A stretch of 64,000 bases of DNA from Holophagales bacterium (GTDB lineage Bacteria > Acidobacteriota > Thermoanaerobaculia > UBA5066). Both the position numbers and the translations under genes were made by a program. Of this stretch, positions 27,549 through 37,900 are shown in pieces. The stretch is taken from the NCBI GenBank assembly GCA_016716705.1, contig JADJVF010000019.1:24586-88585 (forward strand). The letters are read 5' to 3'. Under the pieces are notes generated by a model. The model had not been told where the DNA came from. It made no database searches and saw only the letters and a program-made list of their open reading frames with translations. Position 1 is the first letter of the stretch. Each line of letters opens with the position of its first letter.

Positions 27549-28718
27549 ATGACCACGAACCCCTCCCGCACGGTGCTGATCGCCGACGACGAGACGCTCT
27601 TCACGCAGAGCCTCGCGGAAGGCCTGAACGCGCTCGAGTGGGGTCTCGTCGTGCGCACGGCGGCGAACGGCCGGGAGGCCGTGGACGTCCTCCGCCGCGA
27701 GAACGTGGACCTCGTCGTCACGGACCTGAAGATGCCGGAGATGGACGGCTTCGAGCTCCTCGCCTGGATGAGCCGGGAGGCGCCGGCCGTCCCCGTCATC
27801 GTCATGACGGCCTTCGGAACGCCCGAGATCGCGGAACGGCTGCGGGTGTACGGTCTCGACGGCTTCGTCGAGAAGCCCGTCGGATTCGCGGCTCTCTCGG
27901 AGCGGATCGCGGCCGCACTCGACGATGCGGCGCGGGGCTTCGTGACGGGGTTCCCGCTCTCGACGTTCCTCCAGATCCTCGAGATCGAGCGGAGGTCCTG
28001 CACGCTCCGCGTCCACGCGGGAGTCCGGAAGGGTCTCCTCCACGTCGTCGGCGGGGCCCCGTGGGACGCCGAGGCGGGCGAGCTGCGCGGCGAGGAGGCC
28101 GCCTCCGAGATCGTGACGTGGACCGGGGCCGGCATCGAGATCCTGCCGGCGTGCAAGGGGATCGAGCGGCGCGTCACGAGCTCGCTCGGGCAGCTCCTCC
28201 TCGAGGCGTTCCGGATCATCGACGAACAGCGCGAAGCCGGGCCGGCCGATGCCGGCCCCACCGAGTCGGGGACCCGGGAGTCCGGGCCCGTCGAAAACCA
28301 GTCCGAACTGAAGGAGGAAACGATCATGTCAGCAGTCGAACTTCTCAAGGAACTCGCGGCCGTCGACGGCTTCGCCGGAGCGGGGGTCTTCACTCCCACC
28401 GGTGAAACACTCGCGATCTACACGCCCGGGACCGGTTTCACGAAGGAGATCGGGATCCTGGCGAACAACGTCCTGATGAACGCCCAGAAGGCGTGCCTCG
28501 AGATGGGGGCTGGCCGCGGGCAGCAGGTCCACGTCGAGGCCGAGAAGGCGCACATCCTCGCGCGCTGCCTGAACGAGGGGACCGACCCGCTCAAGTCGCA
28601 GCCCGGCAAGGCGCACGTCCACATGGTCGTCGCCCTGACGAGCGACGGCAGCATCGGCCTCGCCAAGATGCGTATCAACCAGGTCATCGAGAAGCTCGCA
28701 GAGGACTTCCGGATCTGA
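27549..28718 (+). CDS. Response regulator with REC, DUF4388 (PATAN-type) and a C-terminal Roadblock/LC7 (MglB-like) domain
   Basis: REC: VLIADDE, DLVVTDLKMPEMDG. DUF4388: GFVTGFPLSTFLQILEIERRSCTLRV...GLLHVVGG...GEEAASEIVTWTGAGIEI. Roadblock-like: VDGFAGAGVFTPTGETLAI...HVHMVVALTSDGSIGLAKMRINQVIEKL. I trimmed the start to ATG 27549 because the track GTG at 27528 lies inside the promoter. An internal GAAGGAGG plus an ATG at 28326 precedes the Roadblock part. Confidence 0.7.
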   Translation: MTTNPSRTVLIADDETLFTQSLAEGLNALEWGLVVRTAANGREAVDVLRRENVDLVVTDLKMPEMDGFELLAWMSREAPAVPVIVMTAFGTPEIAERLRVYGLDGFVEKPVGFAALSERIAAALDDAARGFVTGFPLSTFLQILEIERRSCTLRVHAGVRKGLLHVVGGAPWDAEAGELRGEEAASEIVTWTGAGIEILPACKGIERRVTSSLGQLLLEAFRIIDEQREAGPADAGPTESGTRESGPVENQSELKEETIMSAVELLKELAAVDGFAGAGVFTPTGETLAIYTPGTGFTKEIGILANNVLMNAQKACLEMGAGRGQQVHVEAEKAHILARCLNEGTDPLKSQPGKAHVHMVVALTSDGSIGLAKMRINQVIEKLAEDFRI

Positions 28719-28744
28719 CGCGCGGAATCCGCCCGCTCCCCGTT

Positions 28745-28775
28745 CCCGGTCGCGGCGGACAGCGCCGCGACCGGG
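28745..28775 (+). terminator. Rho-independent-type hairpin after the REC-DUF4388-Roadblock gene
   Basis: CCCGGTCGCGGCG-GACAG-CGCCGCGACCGGG (13-bp perfect stem), followed by a moderately T-rich stretch (GTGTTCCCGCTTCTCTT). Confidence 0.55.
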
Positions 28776-28920
28776 AGTGTTCCCGCTTCTCTTGCCTCGT
28801 CCGGCGGAATACGATTCCAGCGCTTCGTCTCGACCCGGGAAGAGGAGGTCCCTGTGACTCTCGCCGCCATCGCGCGAGCCGCCCGTCCGGCCGGGATCCG
28901 CGGCGGAACGGGGACGCTGA

Positions 28921-31200
28921 ATGAGAGATAGCGCAAGGGAACCGGCTGTCTCGGGCGAGGTCTGCCGAGTCCTGAGCTGTGCTCCCGTGCTCACGTGGAT
29001 GGCCGATCGGGCGGGCCAGGTCGTCTTCCTGAGCGCCCACTGGGAGCTCTTCACCGGAGTCCCCGTCGCGAAGCTGCTCGACGGGGGGCTCCTCGAGGTC
29101 ATCCACCCGGAGGACCTTCCCGGAGCCCGCGCCGCACTGGATGGGGTCGAGGAGGGCGGAGCCCGCGTCGTGCGGGAGTACCGGCTCCGGCGCTCCGACG
29201 GGCTCTGGCGCGTCGTCCAGGACACGGCCGTGCACGTCGCTGGCGAGGACGGCTCGGCGGCAGGGTGGGTCGGCCTGTGCGAGGACGTGACGGAGCGGAA
29301 CGAGTTCCGGGCCGTGATCCGGTTCCAGCGGGCCGTGAGCGACTGCCTCGCGGCCGTCGGGACCCACCCCGCGTCCCTCGAGGAGCTCCTCCGGACGATC
29401 TGTGCCGAGGGGGGACTGGACGAGGCGACCCTCTGCCGCGTCTCGCCGGGCTCGCCCACCCGGATGCACGTTCGCACCTCCGCCGACGGCGTCGAGCGCG
29501 CCGAGTGCACCTGCTGGAGGGCGAACGATGCCGTCTGGACCTCCACCTTCCGGCCGGCCTGCTCGGGCGTCCGCGTCCCCGTCGTCGGGACCTATCCGAT
29601 CCGCAGTGAAGGCCGGGTGACGGGCCTCCTCACCCTCGGGAGCCGCAGGGGCTCCGACGTCTTCCTCCCGATGCTCGAGTCGATCAGCGGGACCGCGGCG
29701 ATCCTGGGTGCCCTGCTCGAGCGGAACGACGCGGAAGAGAAGCTCCGGACGAGCGAGGAGCGGTACCGGGCCCTCCTCGAGCAGTCGTCCGAGGGGATCT
29801 TCACGTTCGACCCGGCGACGCACCGCGTCCTCGACGTGAACCGGCAGTTCCTCCGGATCACGGGCTATGCACGCGAGGAGATCGGGGCGCTCACCCTCGA
29901 GGACCTCGTCGCCCACGACGCCTCGAGCATCGCCGAGAACGTGTCGAAGGTCGTCGCCGGCGGGGAGAGCATCATCGGTGAGAAGAGCTATCGGCGGCGC
30001 GACGGGAGGACGATCCTGGTGGAGGTGTCGGCCTCTCTCGTGACCTGGGCCCAGGAGCAGGTCGTCCTGGTGAACGTCCGGGACGTCAGCGAGGTGCGCG
30101 AGGCGGTGGCCGAGCTCGCGGAGCTCTCCCGGCGCCTCCGGCTCATCCTCGACTCGACCTCCGACGGGATCCTCGGCCTCACCTCGGACGGCCGGATCAC
30201 CTTCGTCAACAAGGCCGCCTCCGCGCTGCTCGGGTGGAGCGTCGGCGAGCTCCTCGGCACGGACTCCCACCGCTGCTGGCACCACACGCGACCCGACGGG
30301 TCGGTCCACCCCCCGGCCGACTGCCCGATCCTCGCGTCGATGCGGACGGGGGCACGGGTCTCGGTCTCCGACGACGTCTTCTGCCGAAAGGACGGGAGCC
30401 GGTTCCCCGTCCGCTACGAGGCGTCGCCGAAGCGCGAGGAAGGGCGAATCGTCGGATGCGTCGTCGTCTTCCACGACGTCTCCCGCGAGGAGCGCCTCGA
30501 GTCGATCGCGGCGGCCGTCGAGTCGATGAACAGCCTGGGCTTCGTCTTCTCCGCGGTGCGTCACGAGCTCGGCAACCCGGTGAACTCCGTGAAGATGGCC
30601 CTGTCCGTCCTCCGCAAGAACCTCGACCGCTTCGACCCGGCGACCGTGAGCGGCCTCGTCGACAGGTCCCTCGTCGAGCTGGGGCGCGTCGAGGAGCTCC
30701 TTGCGAACCTCAAGACCTACAGCCTCTACGAGGACGTCCAGATCCGGGTGATCGACGCGGCCGCCTTCGTTTCGGAGTTCGCGGCGTTCGTCTCCCGCGA
30801 CTTCGCGAACCGGGGCGTCGCGATCGCGGTGGAGCCGGCTGAGGGCCCGGCCTTCGCGGCGACGGACGCCCGCGCGCTGCGCCACGTCCTCCTGAACCTC
30901 GTCGCGAACGCCGCCGAGGCGATGGAGCCCGCGGGGGGGCGGATCCGCCTCCGGATCACGTCGGAAGGGGAGTGGGTCGGGATCCGGGTCGAGGACGACG
31001 GCCCCGGGATGTCGGCCGAGACCCTCGCGAACCTCTTCCGGCCGTTCTACACGACGAAGGCGAGCGGCACCGGCCTCGGCCTCGTGATCGCGAAGAAGAT
31101 GATGACGAAAATGGGCGGCACCATCGAGGCCGCGAGCAACCCGGGCGGGGGGACGACGATGACCCTTTCCCTCCGCACCGCACAGGCTCCTCCGGCGTGA
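28921..31200 (+). CDS. Multi-PAS sensor histidine kinase (complete HisKA plus HATPase_c)
   Basis: 759 aa with at least four PAS/PAC-like modules (…RSDGLWRVVQD…, EERYRALLEQSSEGIF, RRRDGRTILVEV, FCRKDGSRFPV). H-box AVRHELGNPVNS, N-box LLNLVANAAEA, G1 VEDDGPGM, G2 GTGLGLVIAKK. Confidence 0.85.
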   Translation: MRDSAREPAVSGEVCRVLSCAPVLTWMADRAGQVVFLSAHWELFTGVPVAKLLDGGLLEVIHPEDLPGARAALDGVEEGGARVVREYRLRRSDGLWRVVQDTAVHVAGEDGSAAGWVGLCEDVTERNEFRAVIRFQRAVSDCLAAVGTHPASLEELLRTICAEGGLDEATLCRVSPGSPTRMHVRTSADGVERAECTCWRANDAVWTSTFRPACSGVRVPVVGTYPIRSEGRVTGLLTLGSRRGSDVFLPMLESISGTAAILGALLERNDAEEKLRTSEERYRALLEQSSEGIFTFDPATHRVLDVNRQFLRITGYAREEIGALTLEDLVAHDASSIAENVSKVVAGGESIIGEKSYRRRDGRTILVEVSASLVTWAQEQVVLVNVRDVSEVREAVAELAELSRRLRLILDSTSDGILGLTSDGRITFVNKAASALLGWSVGELLGTDSHRCWHHTRPDGSVHPPADCPILASMRTGARVSVSDDVFCRKDGSRFPVRYEASPKREEGRIVGCVVVFHDVSREERLESIAAAVESMNSLGFVFSAVRHELGNPVNSVKMALSVLRKNLDRFDPATVSGLVDRSLVELGRVEELLANLKTYSLYEDVQIRVIDAAAFVSEFAAFVSRDFANRGVAIAVEPAEGPAFAATDARALRHVLLNLVANAAEAMEPAGGRIRLRITSEGEWVGIRVEDDGPGMSAETLANLFRPFYTTKASGTGLGLVIAKKMMTKMGGTIEAASNPGGGTTMTLSLRTAQAPPA

Positions 31201-31425
31201 CGGGGACGCCCTGCGCCGCGGCTGCCTGCAGCACGGTCGATGGCCTCGCGCCGGCGAACTATAATCTCTCTGCGTCAGCCGCAAGGCGTTCGAAGGGAGA
31301 GCGATGGCGATGAGCTGCAGCGCGCCGCTTTCCGTCCCTGAGCCCTTCGTCGCGCGGTTTCGGAGTCGCGGTCGGTCTCCTGTCCGTGTGCACGATGCGG
31401 CGCTGTGAGGAGAAGGGGTGACGCC

Positions 31426-32064
31426 ATGAGCGAAGCGCGGCGGCAGATCCACCTGGGCTTCACCGACGAGCCGTTCCCGGAAGGGACCCACATGTGCCAC
31501 ATCTTCAGCGACGAGGAGGAGCAGGGCGAGGTCATCTCGCGCTACGTCGCCTCCGGCCTCGCCGAAGGTGAGCAGACCTGTTACTTCGCCGACATCAGGT
31601 CCGTCGACGAGACGCGGGCGCGCCTCGCCGCACTCGGCGTTCCGGTCCCCGCCGTCGAGGACCGGAAGCTCGTCGTCGCACCCGCCGTCGACATGTACTG
31701 TCCCGACGGGACCTTCGTCCCGGACCGGATGCTCGCGAACTTCCCCCTCGTCTACAACGCCGGCCGCGAGGCGGGCTTCGCCGGCGTCCGCGCCACCGGC
31801 GAGATGACCTGGGCCCGGCGGGGGATTCCCGGCTCAGAGAGGCTGATCGAGTACGAGTCCCGGATCAACACGATCGTCCGCGAGGTCCCGCTCACCGCGG
31901 TCTGCCAGTACGACGCCCGTCAGTTCGACGGAGCGACGCTCTTCGAGGTCCTGATCGTCCATCCGGTGATGATCGTCCGGGGTCGGATCTCCAGGAACCC
32001 GTACTACCTCCCGCCGGAGGAGTTCCAGAGGAGGGGGCGTGGTCTCGCGGGAACTCCCACCTGA
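31426..32064 (+). CDS. MEDS-domain protein (DcmR-like sensory domain)
   Basis: Contains HMCHIFSDEEEQGEVISRYVASGLAEGEQTCYF, ATGEMTW, the ...YESRIN..., CQYD, and HPVMIVRGRISRNPYY landmarks typical of MEDS. RBS GAGGAGAAGGGG precedes ATG 31426. It overlaps the next gene by 26 nt. Confidence 0.7.
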   Translation: MSEARRQIHLGFTDEPFPEGTHMCHIFSDEEEQGEVISRYVASGLAEGEQTCYFADIRSVDETRARLAALGVPVPAVEDRKLVVAPAVDMYCPDGTFVPDRMLANFPLVYNAGREAGFAGVRATGEMTWARRGIPGSERLIEYESRINTIVREVPLTAVCQYDARQFDGATLFEVLIVHPVMIVRGRISRNPYYLPPEEFQRRGRGLAGTPT

Positions 32065-34878
32065 TCGGGCGCCGCTGGGCGCCGACGTCCTGGCGCGCCT
32101 GCTCGTCGTCCAGCAGGCTCTCGACGTCCTGCCCGGCGAGGAGGAGGTGGCCTCCTTCCTGAGCCGGGCGCTGGAGCAGGTCCCGGGCGTGGGCGACGCC
32201 GTCCTGATCCTCGAGGGGCGGCGGCCGGCGCCGGAGACGGACCTGGGTACGGCGGCGGCGAAGGCCGGGACAGGCGGCGGCGTTCTGCCCGGAGACGCGC
32301 TCCCGGGCCTTCCGGGGAGCGCCGCCTTCCCGGTCCGGACGCTCCGCCGCGCGTACGGGCTTCTCGCCCTCGAGCTGAGCGACCGGGAGGCCTTCGCCCC
32401 GTACGTTCCCGTCGTCGCGAACGTGGCCGGCTCGGTCGCCACGACCCTCGAGACCCGGGAGCTCCTCCGGATGACGACGGCGGCCCGCTCCCAGCTCGAG
32501 GAGCTGGTGGCGACCCGGACGAGCGAGCTCGCGGAGCGGACCGGGCGGCTCGAGGAGGAGATGACGGAGAAGGACCGCGTGCTCGCGGCGCTCGCCGAGA
32601 GCGAGGAACGTCTCCGCCTCGTCGCGGCGAACGCCCAGGACGCCATCATCGTCATCGACGAAGCCGGGCGGGTCACGATGTGGAACCCGGCCGCCGAGAG
32701 GATCTTCGGCCGGAGCCGCGCGGAGATGATCGGGCAGGAGATCCACGAGGCCATCGCGCCGCCCCGGTCCCTCGAAGCTTTCCGGCGGGGATTCGCCGCG
32801 TTCTCCCGCTTCGGGATCGGGCCGTTCGTCGGAAGGTCCATCGAGGTGACGGCCCTGCGGCCGAACGGGGTGGAGTTCCCGGTCGAGATCTCCGTTTCTC
32901 CCGTGAAGGTCCGGGGCCATTGGCACGCGATCGGGATCATCCGCGACATCACGGAGCGGAAGCGGGGAGACGCGGTGCGCGACGCGCTCGCCGCGATCGT
33001 CCGTTCCACGACCGATGCCGTCGTCGGCAAGACGACGGAAGGCATCGTGACGAGCTGGAACGCCGGGGCCGAGCGCCTGTACGGATACTCCGCCAGAGAG
33101 ATGATCGGGCGGCCGCTGGCGGACCTCGCCCCCCCCGGGAAGGCTGATGAAGTCCTTCGCCTCACGGAGCTCGCTCGGACGGGGCAGATCGTCGAGGACT
33201 ACGAAACCCTGCGGGTACACCGGGACGGGCGTCTCCTGGACGTCTCCCTCACGCTCGCACCCATCCGCGACGACGCAGGGCTGGTCGTCGGGGTCTCCAC
33301 GATCGCGCGCGACATCACGCGGCGCAAGGAGACGGAGCGGGCTCTCCGGGAGAGCGAGGCGCGGCTCGAGGAGGCGCAGCGCATCGCCCACCTCGGGAGC
33401 TGGGAGTGGTCGATCGCGGACGGTTCGCTCGGCACGTCTGCGGAGGCGCTCAGGATCTACGGCGTCGAGGACCGCTCCTCCGTCAGGACTTTCGCCTCGT
33501 CGCTCGAGAGGATCCACCCCGCGGACCGTCCGGCCGTCGTCGCGGCGGTGCACGGGCTGCTCGAGGGGAAGAGCCCCTCCCCGATCGACTACCGGATCGT
33601 CAAACCGGGCGGGGCCGTCCGTCACGTCCTCGGGACGGCGAAGGTCGTCCGCGACTCCGCGGGGCGCCCGGAGCCGGATGATCGGAACCGTCCAGGACGT
33701 GACCGAGCGCCGGCTCGCGGAGCTGGCCCTCCAGCGCACGAACCGGTCCTTGCGGACGCTTTCGTCGTGCAACCAGACGCTCGTCCGCGCGACCTCCGAG
33801 ACGGAGCTCCTGGAGGGGATGTGCACCATCCTCGTCGAGGAGGGCGGGTTCCAGCGTGCCTGGGCCGGCCTGCTGGCGGGGGAGATCCCCGAGCTCGTGC
33901 CCGCGGCCTGCCGCGACCGGGACGCGGACGGAAAGGCGTGGGGCTCGGCCGGCGTCCTGAGTCCGGGCTCTGCGGCGCAGGAGGTCGCCTCGATCGCCCT
34001 GGGCTCCCGCGAGCCCCGGGTCCATCTCGGAACGCCCCTCGGACAGGGCGTTCCGGAGGGCGCTGCCGAGGGTCCCCTGCCCGGCGCCGCGGCCATTGCC
34101 GCGGTGCCGCTCGTCCTGGAGGAGAAGGTCCTCGGCGTGCTCGTTCTCCACGCCGACGACCCCGACACGTTCGACGAGGAGGAGATCCGCCTCGTCTCGG
34201 AGCTCGCGGGCGATCTCGCCTTCGGGATCGAGGCGCTGCGGGCCAGGTCCGACAGGAAGGACGCAGCCCGCGAAAAGCAGAAGTACCTCGTCCAGATTCG
34301 CCAGAACCTCGAGGAGACCGTCGCGACGATCGCGGCCACGGTCGAGGCGCGCGACCCGTACACCGCCGGTCACCAGCGGCGCGTGGCCGCCTTCGCCGCC
34401 GCGATCGCAAGAGGAGCTGGGGCTCGACGAAGAGACCGTGCAGGGTATCCACCTCGCCGGGACCATCCACGACCTGGGGAAGATCAAGGTCCCCGCGGAG
34501 ATCCTCGCCAGACCTGGCCAGCTCTCCGAGATCGAGGAGCGGATCATCCAGATCCACCCGGAGGCCGGCTGGGAGATCCTGAGAGGGGTCGAGTTCCCCT
34601 GGCCCATCGCGGAGATGGTCCTGCAGCACCACGAGCGGCTGGACGGCTCCGGCTATCCGCGGGGACTCAGGGGAGAGCAGATCTCGATGGGGGCGCGCAT
34701 TCTCGGCGTCGCGGACGTCGTGGAGGCGATGGCCAGTCACCGGCCGTACCGCCCCTCTCGCGGTCTGAAGGCCGCACTCTCGCAGGTCGAGGGTGATCGG
34801 GGCATCCTCTTCGACGCCGCCGTCGTGGATGCGTGCCTCGCTCTCTTCCGCGAGAAGGGCTATCGGCTCGAGGAATGA
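32039..34878 (+). CDS. Multi-sensor HD-GYP protein 1 (N-terminal GAF-like, 3 PAS, GAF, HD-GYP phosphodiesterase domain); two frameshifts as assembled
   Basis: Read across ORFs 32039..34582, 33147..34796 and 34096..34878, with junctions near 33670-33677 (…DSAGRPE / RMIGTVQDVTERR…) and near 34408-34416 (…AAFAAAIA / ELGLDEETVQGIHL…). The HD-GYP core is DPYTAGHQRRV, HDLGKIKVP, HHERLDGSGYPRGL. Confidence 0.8.
34269..34760 (+). repeat. Dispersed direct repeat copy 1 (HD-GYP output module, about 490 bp)
   Basis: By eye this is about 80-85% identical at the DNA level to 39110-39600, with identical runs up to about 30 nt (for example ATCCACCTCGCCGGGACCATCCACGACCT). Confidence 0.8.
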
Positions 34879-34939
34879 ACCCGCTCTCGAGCTGCGCGAT
34901 CCGCCCGAGACGAAGCCCTCGAAGGAAGGACGGCTCACC

Positions 34940-37900
34940 ATGCCCGAGCTGACCTCGATTCCCGCGGCCCGGCTCACGGAGCTGAGGGCCGGGCTGACCC
35001 GGCTCGCCCGGGACCAGGCGCTCAGGACACGGATCGCCCTCCTGATGGACCGCCTGAGGGAGGTCCCGGGGCACGAGACGACCGTCGCGGAGCTGCTTCG
35101 GCTCGCGACCGACGACCTCGGCGGCGGAAACGCTGCGATCTTCTGCCGGGTCGACGACGGTCTGTACCGATTGGGAATCCACGGCAGGATTCGGGTCGTC
35201 GGAGAGGTCGAGGACAGCCTCGTCCGGTACGTCTTCGAGACCCGCGAGTCCGTCTCCAGGGGGCCCGTCCCCGGTCCGACCGGCGTGACGACGCCCGGGC
35301 TCCGGAGAGTCGTGACGCGGGTGATGCCCCTTCTCGTCGGCGCCGAGCTCGTAGGGGTCCTTCGAATCGGCGAGCTTCCCGTCGCGGATCGCGACCTGTG
35401 CGATGACGTGCGGCCCCTCCTTCCTTTCCTCGGCGTGGCGCTCCAGAACACGATCTCGGGAGAGGAGGGCGGGATGCGGTCGTCCGACGAGGCGAGCCGC
35501 CCGGACCGCGACCGGAACGAAGACGGCTCCGGCCCGCGCGAGTGGGAGGCGGTGCTCGAGCAGGCGAGGGAAGAGCTGGAGCGGCGAGTCGCCGAACGGC
35601 GTGCCGAGGTGAGCAGTGCCCTCGATGAGGCGAGCTCCCCGGTCTTCTCCCTGGACCGGGAGTATCGGTACGTCGCCTTCAACCGGAGCCACGCACTGGC
35701 GATGCGGGCTCTCTACGGCGCCGAGATCGAGATCGGCCGCAGTCTCCTCGACTACATGACGGTGGACCGGGACCGGGAGACGGCCAGGACGAACCTCGAC
35801 CGGGCACTGGCTGGCGAGAAACTGCTGGAGTCGGCCCCCTCCGGGGAGGAGCCCGGGTTCAGGAGGCACTACGAGGTCTCGCACGACCCCGTCCTGGCGA
35901 GAGACGGTTCGGTCCTCGGCGTCGCCGTCCTCGCCGCCGACGTCACCGAGCGCCGGCGGATCGAAGCGAATCGCCTGGCCCACCTGCGGTTCTTCGAATC
36001 CCTGGACCTGGTCAACAGGGCCCTGCAGGGGACGAGCGACCTCGAGCAGATGATGAGCGACGTCCTCGACGCCGTGCTGGAGGTTTTCGGATGCGATCGG
36101 GCGTGGCTCGTCTACCCGTGCGACCCGGCGAGCGCCACCTATCGCGTACCGATGGAGCGGACCCGGCCGGAGTTTCCCGGTGCCCTCGCCCGGGGGCTCG
36201 AACTGCCCGTGGATCCGGAGACTGCTCGGGTGCTCCAGGCCGTGAGGGCCTCGAGCGGACCCGTGACCTTCGGCCCCGGATTGCAGCAGCCGTTGCCGAC
36301 AGTCCTGTCGGAGCGATTCCGCGTCCGTTCGCAGATTGCCGTCGCCGTCTATCCGAAGGTGTCCCTGCCCTACGTGTTCGGCCTGCACCAGTGCTCCTTC
36401 CGACGCACCTGGACGCCCGACGACGGGAGACTCCTCCAGGAGATCGGCCGGCGCCTGGGCGACGCCCTGACCAGCCTGCGGACGTTCCGCGATCTCGAGG
36501 GAAGCGAAAAGAGATACCGGACGCTCATCCAGAGGATTCAGGCCGCCGTCGTCGTGCATGGGGCCGACGCGCAGGTCGTGGCCTCCAACCGCAAGGCGCA
36601 GGAGCTGCTCGGCCTGTCGGAAGACCAGCTCATGGGCAAGGCGGTCACGGACCGGGCCTGGCAGTTCTTCCGCCCCGACGGCAGCGCCGTCCCTCCCGAG
36701 GAGTACCCGGCCCACCGGGTATGCGTGACCCGCCAGCCGCTGAAGGACCTCGTCGCCCGGATCCACCGTCCCGGGAAGAACGGGGCGAGCGACGTGTGGG
36801 TCCTGGTCAACGCCGATCCGGTCCTCGGCAGGGACGGCGAAGTCTCCCAGGTGATCGTGACCTTCAGCGACATCACCGAGCTCAAGCGGGCGGAGGGCCG
36901 TCTGCACAGTGAGGCCGAGCGTGGTTCCCTGCTCCTCGACCTCTTCCTCCGCTCCGCGCAGCTGTCGGAAAGCCAAGTCTACGACGGCGTGCTCGAGCTG
37001 GCCGTCCGGCTCACCGGCAGCGCGATCGGCTTCCTGCATCGCGTCTCCGAGGACCAGAAAGCCGTCAGCCTGACGAACTGGAACGAGGCGGCGCTCGAGA
37101 GCTGCCCGGTGGTGTTCGACTCGCACACCCCGATCGAGAAGGCCGGCAACTGGGTCGACTGTGTCCGGCTGGGCCAGCCCGTGGTCTACAACGACGCCGC
37201 CACCTCTCCCAATCAGAAGGGCCTGCTGCCGGGTCACGCGCCGCTGCGGCGGCTCATGAGCGTGCCGGTCGTCGAGGGGGGCGTCGTCCGGGTCGTCTTC
37301 GGCGTGGGGAACAAGGACGCGGAGTACGACGAGGACGACGTCTTCCAGGTCCAGCAGATCGCGGGCGAGCTGCAGAAGGTCATCCGGCAGCGGCACGCCG
37401 TCGAGCGCGTCGAGTTCCTCGGCCGGCTCTATCGCACCGTCTCGGAGATGAACCAGGTCATCGTGCGGGAGAAGAGCCGCGACCGCCTCTTCGCGGAGGT
37501 CTGCCGGATCGGAGTCGAGCACGGCGGATTCGCCATGGTGTGGGCCGGCCTGGCCGACCGGACGAGCGGGACCGTGCGGCCGGCAGGGGTTGCCGGGCTC
37601 GAGGCGGGCTACGTCGACGAGCTGGAGATCCGGCTCGACGCACCCTCGGCCGACCTGCGGCCCGCGGCCCGGGCGATCGTCGAGAACCGTGCGGTCGTCG
37701 TGGACGACACCGACACCGACCCGGCCTTTGCGCCTTGGCGGGAGGCGGCGCAGAAGCGCGGATTTCGCTCCTGCGCGGCCTTCCCGGTTCGCGCGGACGG
37801 GTGCGTGCTCGGCGTGCTCGCGGTCTACGCGGGCGAGGCCGGCGTGTTCCACCGCGAGGTCGTGGCTCTCCTGGGCGAGCTCGCGGCCGACCTCGGCTTC

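Noticed and set aside
28684-31500. Very long ORFs on the strand opposite to well-supported genes. Examples: 980..2545, 1411..3144, 3207..5144, 11353..13095 (apart from its first ~95 codons, 12776..13095, kept above as a low-confidence small ORF), 28684..31500, 31892..34363, 34667..38278, 38927..41461, 46330..49890, 46560..49886, 56653..60186 and 61501..63969.
   Set aside because: Their translations are Arg/Gly/Pro/Asp-rich low-complexity strings with no motifs. They mirror genes that have clear family signatures, as expected for stop-codon-poor frames in roughly 70% GC DNA.
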